A stretch of 64,000 nt of DNA, taken from the NCBI RefSeq assembly GCF_009914755.1, contig NC_060935.1, one strand, 5' to 3'. This DNA is from the human T2T-CHM13v2.0 reference genome, Homo sapiens. The translations under genes were made by a program, and so were the position numbers. A model generated the notes under the pieces. It searched no databases, had not been told where the DNA came from, and saw only the letters and a list, made by a program, of their open reading frames with translations. Below, in pieces: positions 42,748-54,222 of the stretch (its first letter is position 1; every line of letters starts with the position of its first letter).

Positions 42748-43155
42748 CTAGTTCTTAGAAAATTTAAGATATCTGTAACTAATTTTCAAATGGTTTAGCA
42801 AAAATATTCAACTGAGGGAGATAAATACACAAACACAGAGAGAAAGAGAGAACACAAACAGATCAAAACGTTAGCAATCAAGGGGAACGAAAGATGAGTT
42901 TTCACTATATTTTCAACTTTCCGCAGGTTTAAAAATTTTCAAAACAAAAACTTGGGTAAAATACAATGAACTGACATTAGTTCATCCATAAATTATGTCA
43001 TTATCCAGCATCTAAACTGGAATTCCTTCCCTTTCAGCTCATCCCTTTCCCCACATCTCAGCATGATATAACAAGAGTTGCCTGGGGCCTCATGGCCCAA
43101 TGGGGCCCAGGCCTCAAATAAATCTGCAGAGAAGTCTTGCAGCCTGTTGGCACCT
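42748..43155 (+). repeat. Local duplication, copy B (about 400 bp) inside an antisense L2
   Basis: Colinear with 40394-40791; flanked by L2 tail 'ttcattcattctttcatttgttca' and L2 continuation 'gggagattccaagatgaattgggtcctatccttgaggag'. Confidence 0.95.
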
Positions 43156-44112
43156 GGGCACGGGAGATTCCAAGATGAATTGGGTCCTATCCTTGAGGAG
43201 ACCATACATGTTAGGGAGGTTGTTGGATACATGAGCAGATACAACACATGGCAGAACGTGTTGGATGGAGGCTGAGCACCGGTGAGCAGTCGTTACTGGA
43301 GCAGATACTGAGAGCGGTAGATACTGTGCTATGTGCTAAAGGGGTAAAAAGACCTTTAAGATGTTACAATCAGTGTAGGGTGAGCAGCAGATCTGAAAAC
43401 ACATGATTTTAATACCATATGGTAAGTGCTACAGAAAACATAAGCCTAAGGTCTCTGAGGATGCAAACAGGAATATTAAGCAAAGCAGAGGACTGAGTCA
43501 GGACCATGGGGATTGAGGATGTGGCATCTGAGCTGATTGGTAGGAGGTCTGCAAAAAAGATGATAAGGGCACAGGGAGGGATTGGCAGATTAGGGACATA
43601 TTTAGCAGAGCAAATCAGTGGGGCTTCGTGACTGATTATAAGCACAGGGAAAATCTTGTGCCTTCTTGTGTTGTGTCTTCTGGGATATCTCGTACAGTAT
43701 GCTGCACATGGTAGGTGTTTAGCATATACCTATTGATTGAGTTAGCTGAGACATTAGGCAGAGTCTGAAAACTCCTCAGACTGAGAAATGGCATTTAAAT
43801 TTTGTGTGCATCTGTGTGTGTGTACAAGAATTATAAAATGCAACAAATTTTAGGAAATGCTGTAATGCTGTTGTGGACTCTTCTTGGAAAGTGGTTATGG
43901 CATGAAGAAAAGCAAGAGAGCCCAGTAGAAGAAATATTTCTCTTTATGTCTTTGTCCTGTTTCTTCATTATCTGTAAGTCCCATCCTTATTCATTTAGAA
44001 CTGATTAAGAAGTAAAATAAAATTAAAATATGTAAGTGTCCTATCTCCCCATCCCTTCTATCTCAACATATGCATGAGCTTGTGCACACACACAGACACA
44101 CACACACACAGA

Positions 44113-44408
44113 TTTTTTTTATTTTTTTGAGATGGAGTCTCACTCTGTAGCCCAAGCTGGAGTGCAGTGGCTCCATCCTGGCTCACTGAAACCTCTGTCT
44201 TCGGGCTCAAGCAATTCTCATGCCTCAGCCTCCCGAGTAGCTGGGACTACAGGCACACACCACAATGCCTGGCTAATTTTTTTATTTTAGTAGAGACAGG
44301 GTTTTACCATGTTGCTCAGGGTGGTCTCAAACTCCTGAGCTCAGGCTATCCTCCTGCCTTGGCCTCCTAAAGTGCTGAGATTACAGGTGTGAGCCACGGT
44401 GCCTGGCC
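44113..44408 (-). mobile_element. Full-length Alu (AluJ/old AluS) inserted at a CA repeat
   Basis: Complete reverse Alu; TSD acacacacagatttt/acacacatagatttt; degenerate (CA)n at 44085-44110. Confidence 0.95.
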
Positions 44409-46184
44409 ACACACATAGATTTATTGTTTATTTTGTCTTCTGTGCTGAGTTAATATATTCCCTCTATAGTCAAAATATAAATTTATGTGGTTGGGAGTGG
44501 CATGGACCTTTACACATGGGCTTTAATAAACATGCATGGATGTCGACCTCCAGGGTCACATTATCATTTGTGTGGATTTGAAGAGGAGACACAGGACATT
44601 GCTGGATTCAGACGAACAGCTCCAATCTCCAATCTCTCACCCTTCTCCTTGAATTGCTAGGAGGGGTGGAAAGAGAGAGCACAGAGAAAAGTTCCCCTTC
44701 TGCCTTTGCATCTGTGCCAGAGACATCCCAAAGCACTTCTCAATCTGTTCTCTTCTGTGTGTGCCTCTCACACACCTGCCTGCTGGGTGCTGCTGCAGCG
44801 TCAGCAGCTCCAGGGGCTGGTCTGCTGCAGATGGACCTGGCACAGCAGCTCCGGTTCCTCTGAGGTCCCATGGCCAGAGGCAGAGACAGAAAAGTGAAGG
44901 TTAGAAGTGGGGACAGAAGATAGGCTCTGGATGCTCCAACAGAAGTTGGGTGTTGGGGGGAGGGCAACTGCTTTTGTCTGGTTGTCTTGGCTTCTACTTG
45001 GAGAAATGCAGAATTCTTCAGTTGTCAACATTGTTACTATAACATTTGAATCTTGGGATACTGTAGCTAGGACTCAGGTGCCACCTAGGAATCAAAGGAG
45101 GCCAAGTCCTCCCTTCTTTTCAGCCCCTGGGTCACTGGATGCTTTCCACTACACCCTTAGTCATAAGGGCCATCTATAACACACGTGGTGTCTTAATAGC
45201 TATTGAACACTGCCAGTGTGGGTGCGCTAGGCTATGCACCCTATATGTATCATGGTATTTCATTTAGTTATACCAGCATTTTAAGGCAAGCATTGCTATC
45301 CTTGCTTTACAGTTGAGGAAATCCAAGTCCTCAAGGCCAGTAAGTAGTAGAGTCAGGATTTAATTCCAGGGTGGCCAGGCTGCAAAGCCTCTGCTGTCCT
45401 GTCTCCCACCAGGTATAGAACACCACATTAGCACTGGGCTGAGTAGGGCAGCTCTTTATATCACAGGGCTATCTTTGGACCCTACTGGGTCATAAATTTG
45501 TTGAGAGTACAGACCATGCCTTATAATTGTTTTATGACACAGTCTCATTACCTGTGAAAAACAGAGCTAATCTTTCTGTTTATTCTCCAGTGAGTCAAAC
45601 CAAATAATGTCCATGTGAGCCTTTGAAATATGGTGGAGAAAGTGGGATTAGGGCCTCAGGCATGAAGAAGAGCCCATGCAGCTCCTCTGGAAACCTACCC
45701 TCTGTCTTCTCAATGCCCTATTAGAACTCGCTCAGTTCTTCTGCAGATTCCTTCTGGCGTTCGGTGCCGGATAAACAGTCTCTCAAATTTCTTACATGTT
45801 ATGAGGCATTGAAGATGACTCTGTATAATCAAATATGCCATTCCACATCTCATTTGTAATTTCACAATTTAGCTCTCTGCACCATTTAAGCACATATAGA
45901 GCCTCTAGAGAAGTCCTTATTTTTTTGCTAAGGCTTTTATATGTGAGTTTTGTGCTGATTTTGGTCTTTGCTGTATCTAATAAGATTTTCCCAAAGTTTT
46001 CTCACCACGAAAGGCTTTATAAAATATAAGGAACCATGGAAATAAACCTCGGCCTATTACAAAATCAAGATAGGCCAAGGAAGTATCAGGTAAGAGGCCC
46101 AGATTAGAAGCTGAATGTTCATTTTCCTCTTGTGTCTATTCCTTTTGTGTTTGGTTTGACTGGGTCTCTGAAGAATGCTCAGAC

Positions 46185-46370
46185 TGCTTTACAATTATGC
46201 AGTGTGTGGCAATTTACAAAGCACATCTTCATTCATTATATTTGGTTTGAGTTTTACAACCACCTTAGCAAGTGGGGCAGGGCAATTATTATTATGCCCA
46301 TGTTACAGATGCGGAAACTGAGGATTGGAGAGGTTAAGTGACTTGCCTAATCCACTTAGCTAATGATAAG
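46185..46370 (-). mobile_element. MIR SINE
   Basis: 'cccatgttacagatgcggaaactgaggattggagaggttaagtgacttgcc'. Confidence 0.85.
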
Positions 46371-46695
46371 AATTAATTAATCAACTGCAAGTCAAAGAAT
46401 CAAATATGGATTTTCTAATTACAAGTTTGGTGTCTTGTCTCCCTGCTAATCCAGTCTGCCTTCCTAGTGGGAGTACTTTGTAGCTGCTGAGCTGAGATTT
46501 CTGAGAGGGGATTGTGATGTCTGAAGTTTACTGCCCATTTAGTTGCAGAATCCATCCACTTCTCTTCACCCCCAGTGCCACTCTCCCAGAGCCAGCCACT
46601 GCCATCTCTCACTTGAGTCACTGCTAGAGTCCTCCATTGGTTTCTCTGCTTCTGGTCTCACCTCACTCGGGTCTAATCTTCATATTGCAGTGTAA

Positions 46696-46992
<297 letters not shown>

Positions 46993-48100
46993 TAAGCGAC
47001 TTTCTTAAGTAAAAAAGAAAAATTATCCAGATGCTCCTTTTCTTAAAACACTTTGATTTCTCCCATGATCTTTAGAAAAACATCCAAACTCCCTCACATG
47101 GTCTGCAAGGGTCTGCATGAATTGACGCTGCTTGCTTCTCTACCCCCACCTCCTGACATCCCCAGCCCCTTCCCACCACCAAACTCTCTCATGTTGGTAT
47201 CTTTGTTCTCTTCTTCTTATGACTCATTGTCATCTTCCCTCTGCTTCATTTTTTTTCTCTGATCATGTTTAATAATTTTGGAACAATTTGTAACCAGCTC
47301 CCCACAAAAACTTATTTATAATTTGCAATTATCATCAGTAGTAGTAACGTTTATTTTTGCAGCATGGCTTAGAGTTTATAAAATGTCAATATTACTTCTG
47401 ATGATTAGCATAACTGTGATGGACAGGGATCAGATTTATAAATGGAGGCACTGAGTCTTGAGGATATTAAGGAACTCGCCCACCTTCATGTCATGAGTAA
47501 GTATTAGACTCAGCACTTGGGAATCAAGTCTTGAGAATCTAGTTCACGTAACATCATGCAACCTGTCTGCCTTGTTTATTAGCTTCTATAAAGCATTTTC
47601 AGGCAGACAGTATAAGGCACCATGGAAAACTGGGCTGCATTTCATGGACTAGAAAGATTTACATGAGAAGTGTTCCCAGGCAGAAGGATGAGAGGCACAA
47701 AGAAAGGGTGAGAAACAATGGTCTGAAACAGCCAGCCCATGGGCTCATTAACCTCTTCTAAACAATCGCTCATCTCTCCTAGCTCCCTGCTGACCAGAAA
47801 TAAGTCAGAGGGGAATTTGTGTGGTAAACTTTCACCTACAGGGACCTGATCTCTGGAGAGAAAAAGGCATCACCAGTGGACAGAGTTTGCTTTCTGTGCT
47901 GAGTCATGGGGGCAGTTCTTCTTTCTTGGAATAATTGGGAATCATACTCCTGGGGAAAATATCCATGTCCCCTGCAGTGTTGCTTAAATGACATGAATGC
48001 CGAGGGCAATGTATCTCCTGTTAAAATGTCTAACTTCCTAATGGCTTTTTCCAACTCACTTAGCATTCATTTATCACATTCTCATGTTACTCACTCAGTA

Positions 48101-48101
<1 letters not shown>

Positions 48102-48146
<45 letters not shown>
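48102..48146 (+). repeat. (TAA)15 microsatellite
   Basis: Trinucleotide run; produces the poly-I/L/Y ORFs. Confidence 0.95.
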
Positions 48147-48150
<4 letters not shown>

Positions 48151-49151
48151 TGTGTTGTAGCAGAGTCAGGGAAAGTTGGAACATAGCCCTGCAGATTAAT
48201 AGTAAACCGTTTAAAAAGAGAAGGAAAAGTACCCAAGCAGGGGTAATGGGGGAAGCATTGTGTGAAGACCCCAAAGTAGTCAAAAACATGGCAGATTCTC
48301 AGCAATTTAGAAGATGGAAGTCACAGGACTTAAAAGTGGGTTGACCTGGCAGAGGATGAGGGAGGGACGAGCGCCAATGGTTCCCAGGGGTCTGGCAGAG
48401 CAGCTGCATGGGCCACTGAGTCATTTCACAAGGTGAGGGATGAAAAAGCGAGTTCTTTCTTTCCTTCTTGCTTTCCTCTCTTCTTTTTGTTCTTTCAGGC
48501 TTGCTGATCGGTACAGCTGAGAACATGTTGAATTTGATGTGCCTGTGGATATTTGAGTCTGGAACATTGAAGACAAGTTTGGTCTGGAGATGTAGACTGG
48601 GGATATCTCAGCACACAGATGATAACTGAAATGATGGAGCGGATGATATAAACTGGAGAGAGTCTGGTGTGGGAAGAGTCTTCCCTGAGGTGGCCGAAAG
48701 ATGTAATTCTTACTCCAAAGACTGAAATAGAGACAAGAGAAGCTGAAGTTACAGGGTTTTGTCATTGGGAAGACAGTAGAGTGTGTCATATCCCAAGAGT
48801 GAAGCAAGGACAAACCAAAGAACAACTGGGAAGATCTGGGAGAAAAAGGGTGAGTGCAGTGGCTAGAAGAAGGGGGAGAAGTTTATGTGAGGAGCAAAAA
48901 ACTGGGAGGAGTGAGTGGCTCTGGATATTGTCCTTAAAGAAGCTCCAGACTCAAGAGGCCCTTTCACGTGACGGCTGACGTGTGCTTGTAAGGTGGTCGT
49001 GGGCACTTTGAAAGGTAGTACTGGGCTGGACTCTATTATTCCTAACATTGCCAGGTGATCCTTGTGAGGCTAGCTTACATGGAAAAGGCCTTCAGATTTT
49101 TGTGCTTTGTTGAGCACATTGTGTTCTGCCTTAGTTTCTCCAAGGTCCTCA

Positions 49152-49288
49152 TTTTTTTTTTCTTTTTTTCAAGAGACAGGGTCTTACTTTGTTGCCAAGG
49201 CTGGCTTCAAACTCCTGACTTCAAGAGATCCTCCCACCCCACCCACCCAAAGTGCTGGGATTACAGGTGTGCGCCACTGTGCCTAGCG
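49152..49288 (-). mobile_element. Free left Alu monomer (FLAM_C-like)
   Basis: Poly-T, 'gagacagggtcttactttgttgcc...caaagtgctgggattacaggtgtg'; TSD-like ggtcctca/ggtcatca. Confidence 0.9.
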
Positions 49289-49719
49289 GGTCATCAGTCT
49301 TTGAGATGCTGTTGACAAAGCCATTTGATGATATCAAAGAAGGAATGAAGCATAAGGTTTTTTGGCCCCTCTGTTTGGGATGCCACTTGCAGGCAGAACT
49401 CTCCACAGTTTTACCATCCAGTGAAGAATCACCTGTTTATAGCCTGTGTAAAATCAATGATGCTTCTTGGAAACAAGTCTATTCTCATAGACAGCTTGAC
49501 GTTGCATGGCTGAGTCATTTGTCAGAGTGCTCTGGCTTTAAATATACCTCCAAGTCTTAAGACACATGAACTTTTGAGGTGCAGGAATCAGCAATTCTAA
49601 AAGGCACAAGTCTTCCATCCAAGGTCCTGGTTGCCTTCTAGATCCTGTTCTAACAAACATATCTCCAAATCTCATTTGCTTAACCCCATACAAGTTTATT
49701 TGCCGAGAACATCAAGGTG

Positions 49720-49871
49720 AAGGTATGCTCCATGAACTAGCAGCATTGGCATTACCTGGGAGCTTGTTAGAATTCAGAATCTCAGACCCACCTCAGACCT
49801 ACTGAATCAGAATTTCATTTTAACAAGATCTCCAAGTGGTGTGTAAGCACATTAAAAATTTGGAAGTGCTG
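49720..49871. mobile_element. MER5A MITE
   Basis: 'agcagcattggcattacctgggagcttgttagaattcagaatctcag...agacctactgaatcagaat...cattttaacaagatc'. Confidence 0.85.
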
Positions 49872-50939
49872 CCCTAGATTACCAAAGTATCCTTGATGGT
49901 TCTCATAGCAGAGGGATAAAAGGAAATCAGACACGATGAAATAGAAATAGGAGAAGACAAACAGAGGCAGTTCTACCTGCTGTTAAATCTTGAATTATGC
50001 CAAACTATGTAAAGTCTATGCCTGAAATCTCAGCATACGAGTGCCCAGGGCATAAGCTATTGGAGCCAGCCTTGGCTCATGACCAGTGCATTGTTCAGTT
50101 AGGTGGTCCTTCCCCTTCCATGCTTGTTTACCTGGGGGACAGATGCCAGGGCAGGCTGATTTCCATTTCTTCAGCTTGCCTCTTTGCCATTACTGCCTGG
50201 GCATGCAGGTGGGAAGAAGAGGGACTAATTGAGTGCATTTGATTATAAATGGAAAATACAGCACAGTTTTTCCCCCGTGTGGCACCCCAAAGAGCTAACA
50301 TTAAGGGGGTGATTACTGGCCCTTTATTATTTTCATTTTGGTAAATCTGGTTTTCTTGCACCCCCACACCTATGTTCAGGGTTAATTCTGTGTTATTTTC
50401 TCCCTGCAGGCCTGTGCTGAGTGCCACAGGGAACAGCATTTAGCAACATCAAGCAGGAGAGGCAGAGAAAGCAGCAATAACTCCACATATGACTTGGAAA
50501 TTGGCTCAGTCTCGTGGCAGGAGATGTGTGTTTTTATGGTGTTAAGTGTGAAGGAGTGAAAGCAGCCAGTGATCAGGAGCGCCAACGCAGCTCCTTCCCA
50601 GGAGCCTTCCCGGCTGCTTCCCCTTTGTGGGAGATGTGCTGGAAGGAGTACTAAGAGGAGAGATGCTTTGCTTTAGTAGGATGGCAGCTTTGGGAAAGAG
50701 ACGCGAGAGTGAGTGTGCAGAGAGCTTGTTCTGAGTGCAAGAGATAAGTGGGATGAATCCTGTCTTAGAGGCAATCAAGCAAGAGAGGATGGGGTGGCAG
50801 GCACTTCAGCTCTCTAGCCCCTCCTTCCAGGGCAGAGCCATTTTAGAGATCCATGTCTTTTCCCCATCCATAGGCTGCTGAAGCCAGAAACAGCCCAGCA
50901 CTTAAGAGGGGAGCGGAAAATGACATCACTAGTCTGGGC

Positions 50940-51400
50940 AGTATCTTCTCAGCCTAAACCATTATTCCCTCCCTCCCTTTTAACAAAGACTCCTAGTTTC
51001 CCACCCAATATCCAGTCTCCATTTTCTTCCTAACTGAATGTTGACTTCTTCCCCCTGGGAAACAAGATATCAAGGAAAATGATGCACCTTGTTTGCCTCC
51101 CTTGCAAGTGGGCCTGGCCCATCCATCAGAGGTAAGTAGAAGTCATCAGGTGGGGCTTTCAGGCAAGCTCTTCAATGAAGCTGACTCAGCTGGGGGACGA
51201 TTTTTCTCTTCCTCCTTCTTTCTGCCTAATATGTGGACATCTGTTTGGATCTTGAGGCAAATTCGATGACAGAATCACATCCTAGAGGTATTAAAGCAGA
51301 CGTTTAGGAGGACACTGGTACCTGATGACTGCTGTATCTGCCTATGACTGGACCTCAGTGTAAGAAGCCACTTGTTTGAATTTTCTGTGCATGCAAGGAA
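50940..51400. mobile_element. Ancient ERVL/MaLR LTR (same class as 10150-10660)
   Basis: 'gcctcccttgcaagt...gaggtaagtagaagtc...ggtacctgatgac'. Confidence 0.55.
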
Positions 51401-51435
51401 CTCCATTCTAAGTGCTGTATCTCTCGCCCATGCTG

Positions 51436-51845
51436 CCTGTATTAGGTAGGGAAAGTAAATTTATCTGCTGTAACAAACAACTTCCAAATATTAGTAGCTT
51501 AACCCAACAAAAGTTTGTTATTCACGTTGAGACAAATGCATACATAACTGGTTGGCCGGCAGCCTCTCTGGGACCCAGGGACACGTGGTCCTTCTGTCTG
51601 TGTCTCTACTGAACCATATGCCCTTCACATCTTCTGTGTGGCAGCAGCTGGGGAAAGTGAGCAGGACTAGTACATGAGTGGTTTTATGGGCCATGCCCGG
51701 GGGAGGCACAGTCAGCATTCACTGAGATTTCATTGGCTGGAATTCAGTCACATGGCCACAGAGGGCGCTGGGAAGTGTAGTTTGGGTATGTGCTCAGGAG
51801 GAAAAGGAAATTAATTTTGGTGAATACATCATAGTTTGCCAACCA
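51436..51845 (-). mobile_element. MaLR LTR (MLT1J-like)
   Basis: 'ctgctgtaacaaacaac...tagcttaacccaacaaaagttt' and 'ttcattggctggaattcagtcacatggcc...gctgggaagtgtagttt'. Confidence 0.7.
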
Positions 51846-51850
51846 CACCT

Positions 51851-51981
51851 AAAAAAAAGGAAGAAGGAAAGGAAAATAAAGGAAGAAAAAAGAAAGAGGA
51901 AGGAATGAAGGAAGAAAAGAAGGAAAAAAGGAAAGAAACAAAAAGAAAAAGAGAAAGAAAAGGAAAGAAAAAAAGAGAAAA
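51851..51981 (+). repeat. A/G-rich low-complexity tract (GAAA/GGAA)
   Basis: About 130 bp nearly pure purine. Confidence 0.9.
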
Positions 51982-52767
51982 GGCCAGTAAATGCTCAATT
52001 TTTCTCTAGAGGTAATTAAAACATGTTTTCTGAGGCCCAGAATATGTCAATTGGTAGAAGAATGGAATCAATGAATGTCATTGATTCCAAATGGATTTAT
52101 GTGTTATCCAGCGTTCCCTTCCTTCAGAAGGGTCTTGTTCAGCACCTCTGTGTACAGAACACTGTGGCTACAGTTCACTGGGGATGAGGGGATGGCTCTC
52201 TATGAAAGCCAGTGTGGATTCACAGCCCCAGCAGAGGCCAGACTGGTGGAGGCTATTCTGCCCAGTAAGGCTAGTGGCCCAGGTGCTAGATAGATCTTGG
52301 CCAGAATCTGGGTTCTTTGTTGTAACCAAGCCCGAGGCTGACCTTGGGCAGGCAACTCCCCTTTTATGGGCTTTGGTTTCTCTATTTCCTGATGTGTAAA
52401 GTAGGAATAATAATAACTGCCCTATGCGTGTCTCTCTCTTGTTAGGAGTAAGTAATGTAATGAAGCTCTTGACCCAGAGTTGCGGGTCAATAATTGCCAG
52501 CTGTTGTTCTCACCTACTTCAGCTTTCTCTTTAGTTGGCTCCTTATTGCCTATGGAGCAAAACGTCACAGCTTGGTGAATGAGACCGTTCTCTCTCTGGC
52601 TCGTACCTATATTTCCAGCCTCATCTCCTACCACGTTGTTCGTTTACTCTATAGTTCTGCTTCACACCTGAACTTCTACTGTTCCCTAGGCCTGCCATGC
52701 CCTTCTGACTTGCCAGGCCAGTTCTGCAACCTGATGCCTCTGCTCCTGTTGCTCCCTTTACTTCTAA

Positions 52768-52984
52768 CATGGGGTCTTTCATTCTTGGCACTACTGCTGA
52801 CCTTTGGGCCCAGGTCATTGTTGGGGAACTGTTCTGTGCATTATAGGATGTTTATCAACATCTCTGGCCTCTACCCACTAGAAGCCAGTAGCACTCTCCT
52901 GCCCACAGTCATGACAACCAAAAATGTCTCCAGACATTGCCAAATGTCCCTTGGGACACAATCACTGCCTGTTAAGGACCCCTG
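52768..52984 (+). mobile_element. MER20 hAT-Charlie element inserted in L2
   Basis: 'tgtgcattataggatgttt...ctggcctctacccactaga...tgacaaccaaaaatgtctccagacattgccaaatgtcc'; 'ttctaa' on both flanks. Confidence 0.92.
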
Positions 52985-53759
52985 TTCTAATGTCTTGCAC
53001 TCCCTTGTCTGGAAGGAGTACTAAGAGGAGAGATACTTTGCTTTAGTAGGAGGGCGGCTTTGGGAAAGAGCCTACACATATTTGAATCCCTACCTATAAT
53101 GTCAGTCCCCACTGTAAAACTTCCCTTGTCTTCTCCAAAAATAATCAAATACGAATCGCCTTGTCCTCTGTGGCCTCATGGCACTTCATTTGTTTTTTTG
53201 TTTAGCATTTACTTCTCTAATTCTCATTTATCTGTCCACTAGACTTGCTGCTATCTTGCTCATCCCTTTATCCTCAGCATCTAGCATAGTTTCCAGATGC
53301 TTCTTTTTTTAATCACAAAGTAAATTAAAAAATATTTAAAGTTAAATGCATAAATTAATGACTGCTGAATACATAAATGCCTTCTCAAAAGACAGATTGC
53401 TGTTTAAGATTAATTTGAACAGTGGAACTACTGTCTGATTAAAATGAAAGCTGCAAGTATGAGTGCTGCTAAGCACTTGGGTGGGTTCAAGGAACCATAG
53501 AACTCAGGAGGTGTGCTTTGTCCGTAACATCTGGATTCCAGGAGGCAATGGAAAGAAGCTTGGCAAGTTAGAAAGGAGGAAGGGTTGGGATGACCATGGG
53601 GCTTGAAAAAGATCTGTTAGGAAATCTGGGGAAACTTCAACTGCTTTGGGTAAAGAACGCACAAGTGTATGAAATGATGAAGCAGGTGTCAGACAAGGCC
53701 CAAATGAACCACTTGGGGCAGGGCTAATACAGGACTTCAAAGAAGGGCGTCCAATCATC

Positions 53760-54222
53760 GCTAGAGAAGAAAAGCCTTCTGGTCAGAGTCCCTGCTCCCT
53801 CTTTGGCCACATCTATTACCATGACAACACATTCCCCACAAGGGCTCCAGTCCAGCCCAGCTGGCCTCCTTGCTGTTTCTCCACACCTGCTGTGCTCCCA
53901 CCTCAGGGTCTTTATGCAAAGGGGCCCTGGTCTCCTGCCTATCTTGCTCCCTCATTTTATTCAGATTTCTGCTCAGATCTCAAGCCCTCTGACTTCTAGA
54001 TCTACAATATTATCCCTCTCTACCCCTTACCCAGATTTATTTTTACTCATAGCATTAAATATTTAACTGCCTATGATCTACCTCCTAATTGAATGTGAGT
54101 TACATGAGGACAGAGAATTTTTTTTTTTTTTCACTGCTGTATCTTTGATGCCTGAAGCAGTGCCTGGCATATAGTAAGTGCTCGACACGTATTTGCTGAA
54201 TGAATAAATAGATGCATGAATT
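53760..54222 (+). mobile_element. L2 LINE 3' region
   Basis: 'gctggcctccttgctgtttctcca...cctcagggtcttt' and 'cagtgcctggcatatagtaagtgctcgacacgtatttgctgaatgaat'. Confidence 0.85.

Noticed and set aside
42748-43155. L1 3' transduction as the origin of copy B
   Set aside because: There is no poly-A tail or TSD, the host L2 appears to have lost sequence, and the L1MC donor is far older than the divergence between the copies.
48087-48305. Poly-Leu/Tyr/Ile ORFs
   Set aside because: Translation of the (TAA)n microsatellite.
51754-51770. CTCF-like motif 'gccacagagggcgct' (also 'agtgccccctaatga' near 31887)
   Set aside because: Partial matches within or at the edge of repeats; not supportable without ChIP data.
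52494-53024. 176-aa hydrophobic ORF resembling a membrane protein
   Set aside because: It spans L2 and MER20 sequence and has a non-ATG start. Its hydrophobicity reflects T/C-rich DNA.
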